Source: Phoronis australis
Lineage: Eukaryota; Animalia; Phoronida
Reading direction: 5' to 3'
Assembly (NCBI GenBank): GCA_002633005.1
Contig: NMRA01000096.1
Span: forward strand, 62,001-126,000
Length of the DNA stretch: 64,000 bases
Translations under genes and position numbers: made by a program
Shown here: one piece after another, positions 1 through 11,700 of the stretch
How the letters are laid out: every line of letters starts with the position of its first letter
How positions within the stretch are numbered: position 1 is the first letter of the stretch
Notes under the pieces: model-generated
Seen by the model: only the letters and a program-made list of their open reading frames with translations
Databases searched by the model: none
What the model was told of the DNA's origin: nothing

Positions 1-1399
1 GGCTGGAGGCCAAAAACAGACTAGAAAACAGTAAAAATGGCCACTAGGTGGCGTAACTAAGTCAAATCCATCTGAAAACGGAAAGATAGCGTCACTACAC
101 TAACAGAAGCCTGTACGCCAAATTTTTTTAAAATACGTTGAGGACCTATGAAGATACAGAGGTCAACGTAAAAAAAAATAAAATTGTCACCAGGAAGCAC
201 ACCAGTAGTCAAATCCGTCCGTAAGTCGTAGTCGTCCTTTGTCAACATCATATAAAGGCACTTACTAAATTTAGTAATTTAAAAGATCCTGCAGATGGTT
301 TAGGAGATACAGCCACAGGCGCAAAAAAAACAAAGCTGCCACTAGGAGGCGCCACAGTCATCAAAATCAGCGGAAAATCATTGTCAGCCGTTCTCTGCAT
401 AGTAAGAACATATATGCCAATTTCCATAATCATCCTTAGAGCACTTTGGTTGATGGAGGGGTGGACGCCTAAAAACAGACTCGAAAACAGTAAAAACGGC
501 TACTAGGTGGCGCAACTAAGTCGAATCCATCTGAAAACGGAAAGATAGCGTCACCACACTAACAGAAGCCTGTGCGCCAACAGCAACACCACCAACAACC
601 GTCAGACAGAGCCTGATCAACTCTGTTGTCCCATTTACTAGAGATGGTCTTGGTTTAGAGACGAAACCATTAAGGACAGCAAGAGACCAACTGAAGATGG
701 CGGTTGAGCACAGTTCCATCAAGTGTTTAAAGTAAGTTTGAAATACGTTGAGGACCTTTGAAGATACAGAGGCTAACATAAAAAAATAAAATTGCCACCA
801 GGGGGCACACCCGTAGTCAATTACGTCTAAAATTCGTCGTCGTCCTTTGTCAACATCATATAAATGCACAAAGCTGCCACTAGGAGGCGTCACAGTTGTT
901 GAAATCTTCGGAAAATCATTGTCAGCAGTCCTCTTCATAGTAAGAACATATATGCCAATTTCCACAATCATCCTTAGAGCAGTTTGGTTGATGGAGGGGA
1001 GGACACCTAAAAACAGACTCGAAAACAGTAAAAATGGCCACAAGATGGTGCAAATTATGTCGAATCTATCCGAAAACGGGAGGATAGCGTCATCTCACCA
1101 ATAGATGCCTACATGCCAAATTTTATGAAAATATGCTAAAGACCTTTGAAGATATAGAGGTAAGCGGAAAAAACTAAAACTGCCACTAGGGGGGCACACC
1201 GGTAGTTGGATCAGTCCGAAAGTTTGCCCATGCCGTCCCATTTATAAAAGGAACACCTGCAAAATTTCATGAACATAGGTCAAACGCTTTTGGAATTAGA
1301 GCAGCAGACGCCAGATGCCGGACGGACGGATGTCGCCCGGACGGACGGACGAAGATGAGGGCATAATTCATCCACATATAATTATGTGACGCATAAAAA
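1..1399 (-). mobile_element. Second HINE/DINE-like copy, truncated by the window edge
   Basis: Same core repeats (aggacctttgaagatacagagg, ctgccactaggaggcg), GGAC microsatellite at about 1320-1350 and terminal ccacatataattatgtgacgcataaaaa. Confidence 0.75.
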
Positions 1400-2708
1400 T
1401 GCAAGTGCTACACAAAAAAAACAATGTACTCCCAGTTGACACACTGCAAACTCAAAGCTCACTGGGTGCTCACAATGCCGAACTTCCAGTAAAATTGAAA
1501 TTTGCAGGGGGTGCAGTGCTAGTCATCTGAAATTCGACAGGTGCTCTCCTCTCATTACCGAAATACAGTGACTATCTCAATCGTTTAACTTCAAAAACAT
1601 CAATCTACCAGTCTGACAGTTCAAAAGGTGGAAATTAAACAATTATCAAATTGCCTCCAGTAGGCACTTTTCAAGCGTGAATTTGTTCGAAAATAAGCGA
1701 ATGCAGTCTTCGCGTTACTAAAAACATTTAGCAAGCAAACTAACCAGCTTACTTCCACTAAGATCAGGGAAGCAGTTTTTCAGAAAAGGAAAGGTAAAAA
1801 TTACTACATAACAAAGCAAAATAGACAGCTCCATCCACAAAACAGAAAAGTACTGACTGATCCTTGAGAGGAGCACATTTAGTAAACTATCACAAAAGTC
1901 TATCAGGAAACTTGGTAAATATTAATTTAAAAGTAAAAAAGAAGTAAAATTGACACTTGGTGGCAAAACAAAAGTTACGAGCACCCAATCGGTTGAAATC
2001 ATGTTTTCCTCACTAGAAATGCACAGGCTACCTTTGTGCCACCAACACTCAAGACCAAAGACCAAGACCGAAGTACTAAACTGCCACTAGTGGGACACAG
2101 CAGAAGCCTGGTCCATCCAAAATTAGGCGAGTGCCATTCCCTCTATGATTGGAAATGGTTTACTAAATTCATTGGCAACCCATCAAGGATCATGGCAGAA
2201 ATATGGACAGACACCACAAACAAAAGAGCTACAAAGGGTAAAGCAGTAGTCACATCTGTCCAAAAATTGTCAACTGCCATCTCAGTGGCAGAAACAAACC
2301 CGTCAAATTTGCCAAATTTACATACAGTTTAGGGGACACAGTAACGAACACCAGTCAACCCTGACAATGATAGCAGCTAAACGGACCAACATACATGAAT
2401 GTATACATGAGCCACACGACATGTTCCTTAACTGGATGCCTGAGCTATCATTTGCTCAGGGGATCCATCCAAGATCGCTTCATGGATGGTCACCATGACT
2501 AGATCACCAGGCTGCAAACAAAAGCAACTTTGACCAAAAAAACATGCCTCCAATAGGACACCGTCCATGAGGTCTCACTCAAGTTGTATAAAGCTTAGTC
2601 ATCAGTTTCCAATCGTTTTTCCACATTTCCAAGAATGCACAAAGAGCTACCTTATTGTTATTGGGCCAATAGTTATCTCACTGATACATGATCAAACAAC
2701 GTCCCTAC

Positions 2709-5700
2709 CTTTTGCACCATTAGGACCAGAAATGACCCTGTCAAGTGGTTGTGCTTTGTTGAGAATTCCACTGATGGGGACTTTCAAAAAGTCATGTTCC
2801 AGTAGTTCAAAGGTCGACCAGCGGTGGCGTTCATCTTTCAGGAGACATCTACACAATGTAAAGAAAAAGACACAATAATGACAAGCCTCTTTTCATGAAA
2901 AGAAAAACATAAACGATGATTTTAAGAATGGTAATAAATATGTTTTACACTTAACATGACATTTCACCATTTTGCTTTTATTGTTTCACAAACAATATCC
3001 AACAATTAATTGAAAAACAAAGTACTAATAACTTAAATACATTACAGGGACATACAATGCTTTTCGAGTTCTCAGAAATTTAATAATTAAAAAGTTTTTT
3101 AAATCCAAAATGGCACAGTTTTATTATAACCAGCGAAAAGGTTATAGAGTACGAGAGCCTATCAGGCGTATAAAATTATTGAAGTTCTTCCCACACCCTT
3201 TAGTTATTAAAATTAAAATCAGAATTAAAAACAAGCTTTTGTATCCAAGAGTGTGTTCACTAATTGTCTGCTGATGCAATGTCACACTTTAATACTTGAA
3301 TGTTGCACAATTTGCAGTCTTGTGGGGGCCTTACGGCCCTAATTTCATCATAATTTCATCAAAATTGAATGCTTATCAATGGCAAAATTTATCAATTATC
3401 CATGTGTTCAAGCATCAATAGTATTACTCAAGCTTGGACAATATTGTTCAAGTTTGGATAATATTGTTCAAGGGTGGACTACATTATTCACGCTTGGACA
3501 ATATTGTTCAAGCTTCGACAATATTGTCCAAGTTTAGACAATATTATTCATTCAGGCATTTTGGACCTACCTTATTCAAGATTCCACCCTAAGCTTGCGC
3601 AGCCTTGCTAGCACCATAACAGACTTTCTTATTTTAATGTACTTGAATGCAGACACAAGCTACATTGTCGTGCACAAACAGGATGTGGGATATGCTTGTT
3701 TTTGGCGATAAAACTAGCTTGGCTTGGCGATGGAATTCGCAAGCAATAGTAATCTTAAACGGTAACTGACAGCAATCTTATTCAATCTTGAAAAAGATGA
3801 CTGGCCCAACAACCTTATTCTGTATTTTTTGACAAACCTAATTTACCTTACTCATCAGTAGCCTGTTCAAGCTAACTGAGAAATGATTTAGCAAAGGAAC
3901 AAGGAAATTCAAGCTTGGAGAAAAAAGTTAAATAGGGATGTGTCATTAAGCTTCAGTAAGCTTGGTCAAATTTAACTGAGCATACTAGGTGCATGATTCT
4001 GTAGACAAAATTTGAAGCCTGTGAGATAAACCTTCAAGTCTCACCTAGTGATAAAACAACATTACAGGTATTTAGACAATCAAAACTGGAAAGCACATTT
4101 CTTAAATATACCGTAATCGTTCGGGTTAACGCCCACGCTCAGTTAACCGACCATCCCCGACTTTAAGTGGATTTTCGATTTAACCGCCCACTGCTCGGTT
4201 AAGCGCCCCCCTGCGATTTTTGAAGATTTCCAGTTAACCGCCCACTGCTCCGTTAACCGCCATCCCCCGATTTTTTGGATTCGCCAATTTAACCGCCCAG
4301 GGCGTTAACCCGAACGATTACAGTATGTACAAACACTGAGGCAAGAGTTTCCTCCTTCAAAACGTACTTGGTCAGAAAATCCTGCAGATCGGCGGGTAGA
4401 TGTGATGGTATATCTGGCAGAATCTCCGAGGCTGTCACACCCTCCGCTAGAGACAGTGTAAGGAGACCCTACAGAAGTGAGCATACAAAGAACAATACAA
4501 TTATCAAATATTGGCTGGCAGACATAACCTGCACACTGACTTCATACTTTGATTTTCTAATTTTCAAATTTCTATTTAAAGAGGTCATGATTCCTAAACA
4601 CCAGTAGAAGTTTCAGTTCAAAATTTGTTATAAAAATCAGCTATTTTGTTCAGTCGTACAAAACTATTCAGACAAAATACCATTCCCTCATCAAGACAGA
4701 TTACTCTGCTCACATTTGAAAATGAAAGTGAATTACTGGTCATCATGGTAAAATTCTAGCATTTCCTCCACAGTAACTTTACGGTAAATTCCTGGTCATT
4801 CAAGCTAATGACAAACTGTTGCTGCAACAATTGTATCACTTATGCCTGAATGTCACCATTGGGAATTCTGAGTCATTTCCTCCCATAACTTATGGCATTT
4901 ACTCCAGGGAAGAGGCCAATTCTTATTGGAAAACTTTGATATTCAAGGGACATCGATCATACAGTTGTCATCCCTCACTGATTTCTGGTGCACACTAAAG
5001 TCGAAGGAGTTCGAAGTTACCATTACCACATCCTATTTCCTACCCCTCCTCACACTATCTTACCAAGTTGTACACATCTGCCTTCTTGCCTCCTCGGCCA
5101 ACAGTGACTGGCTCCTTCTCAGCAAAATGGACACCAGGTCTGCTTCTGGCAGCTGAACTATATATTTCGGTCAGCCTGTAAGTCAAATGTCATGGATTTT
5201 TCTAGAGTTCGGTTAAGCAACACTGAAGAAGTCAACAGGATTGTAAATTGCTTATGAACACCATTTAACAACAGGCCCGTAGGAAGTCAAAAATTATTAG
5301 GGGGGCACAAATCACTTCGACGTCGCCAAATAACTCCCCCCCCCATTGCCACTACCTCCCTCCNNNNNNNNNNNNNNNNNNNNNNNNNNNNNNNNNNNNN
5401 NNNNNNNNNNNNNNNNNNNNNNNNNNNNNNNNNNNNNNNNNNNNNNNNNNNNNCCCCCCCCCCCCCCGTCCTCCCGATACCACCATATATGCACCGAATC
5501 TTCCACGTGGGGAGGCACAGTGGTGGATTTAGGGGGCCAAGAGGCCATGGCCCCACTAAACTTCTCCCAGATTCCATTTGGCAGTTCGGGGGTGCAAATT
5601 TCTGACTGGTAAAACCCCGGCTAATACTCTGCCCTGCCCCCCCCCCAACTCAAAATCATAGATCCGCCTCTCGAACAATCCTGGGGATCCAGCTATTAAC

Positions 5701-8700
5701 AGTTGAGTTACGCGGAGAGTAAGAATGGGCCTAGGACCAGTACACTGACCTGTTGCGAGGAGCTGCCTCAAGTAGCTATACCTTAGATCTAACAGCGTGA
5801 AAATATGAAATCCCCGATGAACTAAAGTTAGTTGCTGGTCAGCTCAGCTGTGATTCACTTGAGACAGGCAACTTAGCTCGTACTGGCCGTCTGCGCTCGT
5901 TCTAAGGTCAAGATTTGTTTTGCTGCGATCAAGTTTCTTGAAAACTTTATTTTATTATGGTCATTCTTTAAAAGTTTTTTTTTTAAAGGTGAGGCCCCGA
6001 AGTCCCTGGTATAGTGCCTTTGGGGCTGTTTCAAAATCCCTAGTTGAAACACGACCGGTAGTTCAGTTTCTGGTGGCTGGGGAAAAGGATAGTGTTTCAC
6101 AAAAATGTCCACACTTCCTGAACGCCAGCAGTTCAAATTCAATTCTTGTGGTTATCACTGAGAGTCTGCACGGCCTACTACATGGTTACATCTTATTTTT
6201 AACGTGGATACGTCAGTCATGACATGCATGTGAATCAGAGAAAGCAATCAATTCAGTTTTGAAGAACAAAAATTCATTACTCAATATTACTGGAAACTAA
6301 TAATCCCCAGGAACTGTGGAGACAACCTAACCTTTCCAAGAAATGAGTTTAATTTTATTTATTTAAAGAATTTTAAAACGTTTTTTCTTTCTACGGTTTG
6401 TGCGCATGAATTTCATCAATTTTGGGGATCGTGTAATTCAGAAGTAGTGGTCTTAACTTCACATTCTTCAAAATTCCACCCTTTTGATGGCGGCAATCCT
6501 ACTTTTTTTCAATGTATTGGTGACTGCACAATATGAAGAATCGGGACAACCAATCATAGCACTAGTCATCCCTCATTGTTTGGTGTGAACAATTGGCAGA
6601 TATTGCTGCTCGTTTTCCCGTGGTTCATAGTGCAATAAAGTATGGAGAGGCGTTGTGTTTGCGGTGGTTGGGAACTTGACCACATTGTGGCTCTTTACTT
6701 TCCCATAGGACATCAAAGAAGCATGGATATGGCCCAAGTTTGTACAAGAAACTCGAATGTTGGTTGACATGAGACACGGGGCTGATGCTGAAAAAGTTCT
6801 AATGTCACACTCATGTCCACAGAGATTTGAAACTTTCAATTAAAGTCATTTTTCTTCTTCTATTTCCTCGTTTTTGGGATATTGGAAACACAGTTGTGAT
6901 ATGCAGTGTTGGTAAAGGAAACCTTAAAGGAGAACGCCACCCAAAAAACAACCAATTTTTTATCAATTTAGATCAAGTAGTTCCACTCGATAACAGCAAG
7001 TATGGTTCTTTTACCTGACACCTGACGGCAGACAGAGGTGATGAAATTAACCAATGACGTCAGAGGTCCGAACGCAGTCTGTTCAGCAGTTCACAACAGG
7101 CTTACTGGTGTCAGCTTATCGTTTGAATTCATCGTTTTACACCCTTACAAATACATCGAGTTATTGAACAAATGTGTTTTTTATTTCGCTGTTACCGATT
7201 TATAGGTATTGGAACGTACTGAAGCCTACACAGTTCGGTAGGCCAATTTACCAAGGTCGGTCGCGGGAGTTAGGGGCCCTGTTCGGTGATACATTTGAAT
7301 TATTAGTTCGTGAAATACAGACAGGAGAACATAGCTGGGTGTTGTAATTTTAGACTTTTGATTTTTTTTCAGTTCTAAACCCACAAAAACACTTGCTATC
7401 TCGGCTAGTGGCTCGGAACCCGATCAGGCCTGTCACGGCAGGCCTGAAGACATCACGAACATAACCAGCCAATGTTAGAAACTAAACTTCCAGTCACGAA
7501 AAGACTATGCTAGTGAGCCAAAGAAATAATGTGCACATGATTATTTTGGTGAATTTGACGCAAAACTGCAAATCTACTTACTAGCTCGTCGGGGGCCGCG
7601 AAGTCAGGTTAACCTTCCACAGCAAAACCGTCAGAGTATAAGTTGCACAGTAACAATGATTTGAATAATGTATATGAATATCTAAATAAAGATTCCCCTA
7701 ACATCTGACCATAGGATATACAGTCGAGATATTGTTTCACTGAATTAGCATGGGCTTACACGGCCAGCATGTGGAGAATTTCTGGCTTACACTGGTGAGG
7801 GATCTGATTCCCTAAGCCCCAGACAACTTTTAGGATGCCTATTTAGCACGCCCTTTGTATTGATGTAGACCTGAGCTAATGAAGTGGACAGGTAATTGCT
7901 AGCATTACTGTCTCAACAATGGTTGTTGTTAGTACCCCCAATTCAGTTTCCTCTGACATTTACAGAGTTACAGCCTGCAACTCTGGAGAGTAGTTTTAGT
8001 TGGTACATTATAAATATTACAAAATGACTGAAAAGGTTAACTAAATACTTGTGTGTTTTTTTCACAAAGGGCCACTTCCCAAAGGAATGAAAAGTTTCAT
8101 ATTGGTTTTCTTTATTTAATTTTTAATGCTTCTTCCCATTTGCTTTTTTTTCTTACCGGAAACAGGTTGATAACTTTTTATCTAAGTTTTAAACTTGAAG
8201 TACCAAAACAGTCATGGTAGATTTTGATCGCTAGCTAAACTTAATTAGTTATCAAGTTCATTGTGAGCCCATCCCTAAACTTTCCACATTACAGGTACAC
8301 TAAACATTTCACGTGTCATTAAAGTTTAATCTCTTTTTAGAACTCAAGTCATACATTATATACAAATGTGCCAATAAGGTGATAACCAAACTGAAGATTT
8401 GGAATCTCTGGACAATTTCGGTGACACTGACTATATATTAACTATTCTAGCTCTTTGTCAGTAATAAAAAATGAAAAGTGGGCACAAGTTAAGTACAACT
8501 GTTTCCTGGTCAAAAATCTGGTTAAACAAGATTAAAAGAATATTAAAAAATGAATCCATGTGATATTGTTAACTCTGATCAGCGTTTGTATATCCACCGA
8601 GTATATCAATACGCGCGGTAGTTTATCTTAAATTGGACCCAATGGTTGTAGCTTTTAGATTATTAGTTCATCGATTTTTAAAAATCTAAAACGGTCTTAC

Positions 8701-11700
8701 CATACTTGGTTGTTTTTTTTTTTACAGCTGAATACTGCCGTGGTGTTAGTTTATAATGAAAATTAGTGGTTAATGCAGTTTGAAAATTCGCTATTATGTA
8801 CAATCAGAGATGTTTAATACAGTTTATGGTTGGGTAATTACACTTAATTGGGTCTTGCTCGCATCGGGCGAAGCAGTCATCACAGTTGTACCTGATTCCG
8901 GCGCCGCGCTCTCTTTGATCCTGGTACAAGCTGCTCAGAAGGATGAGCAGTGAAAATTTCAGCATTAGAAATGCACGACTTCCTTGTAAGCGTATTATTC
9001 ACGGTATGTGCCCAATCAGTTAGTTTATTGCATCTTTGTTTCAGTTTTATATAAACATTAGTTAGGGTGAGAATAATTCATTTTGAAACAGAGCGCACAA
9101 TAATAAACGTCAACCGTGGCAACTCGCAATCCCGACTTAGACGAGTGCTCGTCCGACAAAGACTTCACAGGTTGACTGTTAGGTTTAACAAGCTATCAGT
9201 TCGAACTGGAATTCACTGATCAAGAAATACAAGAGAGGCGACTTGAACGCCTGTACAGACAAAAGAACATATGGATAGTTCCAAAAACCGTTTGAATGAT
9301 TTATCATGGTGTCAGTGTGCTAACTGCACGATAATGGAAACAACTGAAACTGCCACGAAATTCCGCAAGTGAAACGCCTTCTTGGAGAAGCGCAGATGTG
9401 TCTCACGGACCATCCTGCACCGCATCTAAACAGAAGTCTGCTTACAACGTTTTTGGGTCTGAGAAAAACAACTGGCAAAAATATCCTACACCCAAAGGTC
9501 CAAACAGAAGTCTGACGAACGAATAAGTCATCTAGCAGGTTATATAAAACGTTATGTTCTCATGCCTTGAATTAATTGTAATTATTTATGTTTCCATGGC
9601 CAGCTACAATTCTCCATAACCAAAAACTGAGCAACAACCGATCCGTGTTATTTTGTCTCCTGTCTACCGAATGCAAACACACTAGGCACAAGTGACTTCA
9701 TTCTCAGTCTCTTTTTCTGCCCTGGCATTAGCTGTTTGGTAAGCCGGTATTCGATCGTCAGTGAAATCCCTGTAGACGAAATGCCGGCCACAGACACGGA
9801 GAAGTTTAATGGTCTCATACTAGGTATTATGGCATACTTTTCATTCTTCACTACCGCGAACCACTTCCAAAGCATTGTGTGCTCTCAAGGATATACCTGC
9901 TTTCCTCATAGCTTCATAGTTTGCACAAGTGGGAAGGATACACCACTCCATAGTGGCACTCACTCTGCAGAAGAACCACTGACGTCGCCGAGTCGTTTCT
10001 CACCTTCCTCACAACTTAATGCGACACCTCTCGGCGAGGTAAGATCGACGGTATACGAGGTGATGTGGATATAGACCGATTAAGATGGTAAACAAGAGCA
10101 ACTCAGAGCACTGAAATGCGCCCACGAATGCATCGCAAATGGTGTGATTTTAGGGTTATTTCTTTGTATCATGATAATGGCACAAAAATGTACAATCCAT
10201 CAAAAAACGGGAACATGCCATATTTCATAAAAACCTGTCAAGGAACCCCAGAGAACCAAAGGAAAACACAAGAAAATGAAATTGCCAATTGTGCACACAG
10301 CGTCCGTTCGATCTGCCTGAAAGTCGTGATCTGTTATCTTCATATAAATTCACTTACTAAATTTAATAAAGATCCTGCAGTGGGTTTTGGAGATACAGTT
10401 ATGGGTGCAAAACAAAACAAAACTACCACAAGGAGGCACCACAGTAGTCAGTCGCCATCATCAAATGTCTTCTTCACACTGAAAACATATAAGCCAATTT
10501 TCAAAACAATACCTAGAATGATTTGGTTGATCGAGGAGTGGACGCCAAAAACAAGATTTGAAAACAGCAAAAATGACCACCAGGTGGCGCAAAATACCTT
10601 GATTCCATCCAAAAATAGGATGATAGTGTCGTCTCACTAATAGATGCCTATATTCAAAATTTTATGAAAATCTGTTGAGGACCTTTGAAGATACAGACTG
10701 GCAAACGTAAAAAACTAAAATTGTCACTAGGGGGCACACCAGCAGTCAGATTCATCCAAAAGTCGTAGTCGACCGTTGTCAACATCAAATAAATACCCTT
10801 GTTAAACCAAGTAAAGATGCTGCAGGAGATACAGCCATGAGCACAAAAAAAACAAAACAGCCAATAGGAGGTGCCATAGTAGTCGAACTCATCCGAAAAT
10901 CGTCGTCAGCCATCCACTTCATAGTAAAAACATACATGCCACTTTTCACAATGATCCTGAAAGCGGTTTGGTTGAAAGACGATTGGACACCAAAAAACAG
11001 ACTCAAAAACAGCAAAAATGGCCACTAGTTGGCGCAAACTAGGTCAAATCCAACTGTAAACGGAGAGATAGCGTCACCTCATTAACAGATGTCGGTATGC
11101 CAACTTTTATGAAAATACGTTGAGGACCCTTACTAAATTTAGTAAAGATCCTACGAACAGTTTAGGAGATACAGCCATAGGCGCGGAAAAATAACTGCCA
11201 CTAGGAGGCGCCACAGTAGTCGAAGTCGTCGGAAAATCATCGTCAGCCGTCCACTTCAAAGTAAAAACATACATGCCAATATTCACAATCATCCTTTGAG
11301 CAGTTTGGTTGATAGAGGGGCGGAAGCAAAAAAACAGACTCGAAAACAGTAAAAATAGCCGCTAGGTGGCGCAAACTACGTCAAATCCATCCGAAAACAG
11401 GAGCATAGCGTCACCTCACTAATAGGTGCCTATATACCAAATTTTATGAAAATCCATTCAGGACTTGACTTTTGAAGATACAGAGGTAAACGTAAGAAAC
11501 TAAAATTGCCACTAGGGGGCACACCGGTAGACAGATCCGTCCCAATGTTCGCTCATGCCCTCCCATTCATGGAACGAACACATGTGCAAAATTTCATGAC
11601 CATGGGTCAAGGCATTTTGGAGATAGAGCAGCGGATGCCGGATGGACGGACGCTTCACAGACGGACGGACGGACACAGATGAAGGCACAATGCGTCCACA

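Noticed and set aside
57-1104. ORFs of 61-175 aa with mutually similar translations (also 10116-11292)
   Set aside because: They are chance translations of the non-coding HINE core repeats, with stops and frameshifts differing between copies.
5287-5612. Gly/Pro-rich ORFs
   Set aside because: Artefacts of reading through the N gap and C-runs.
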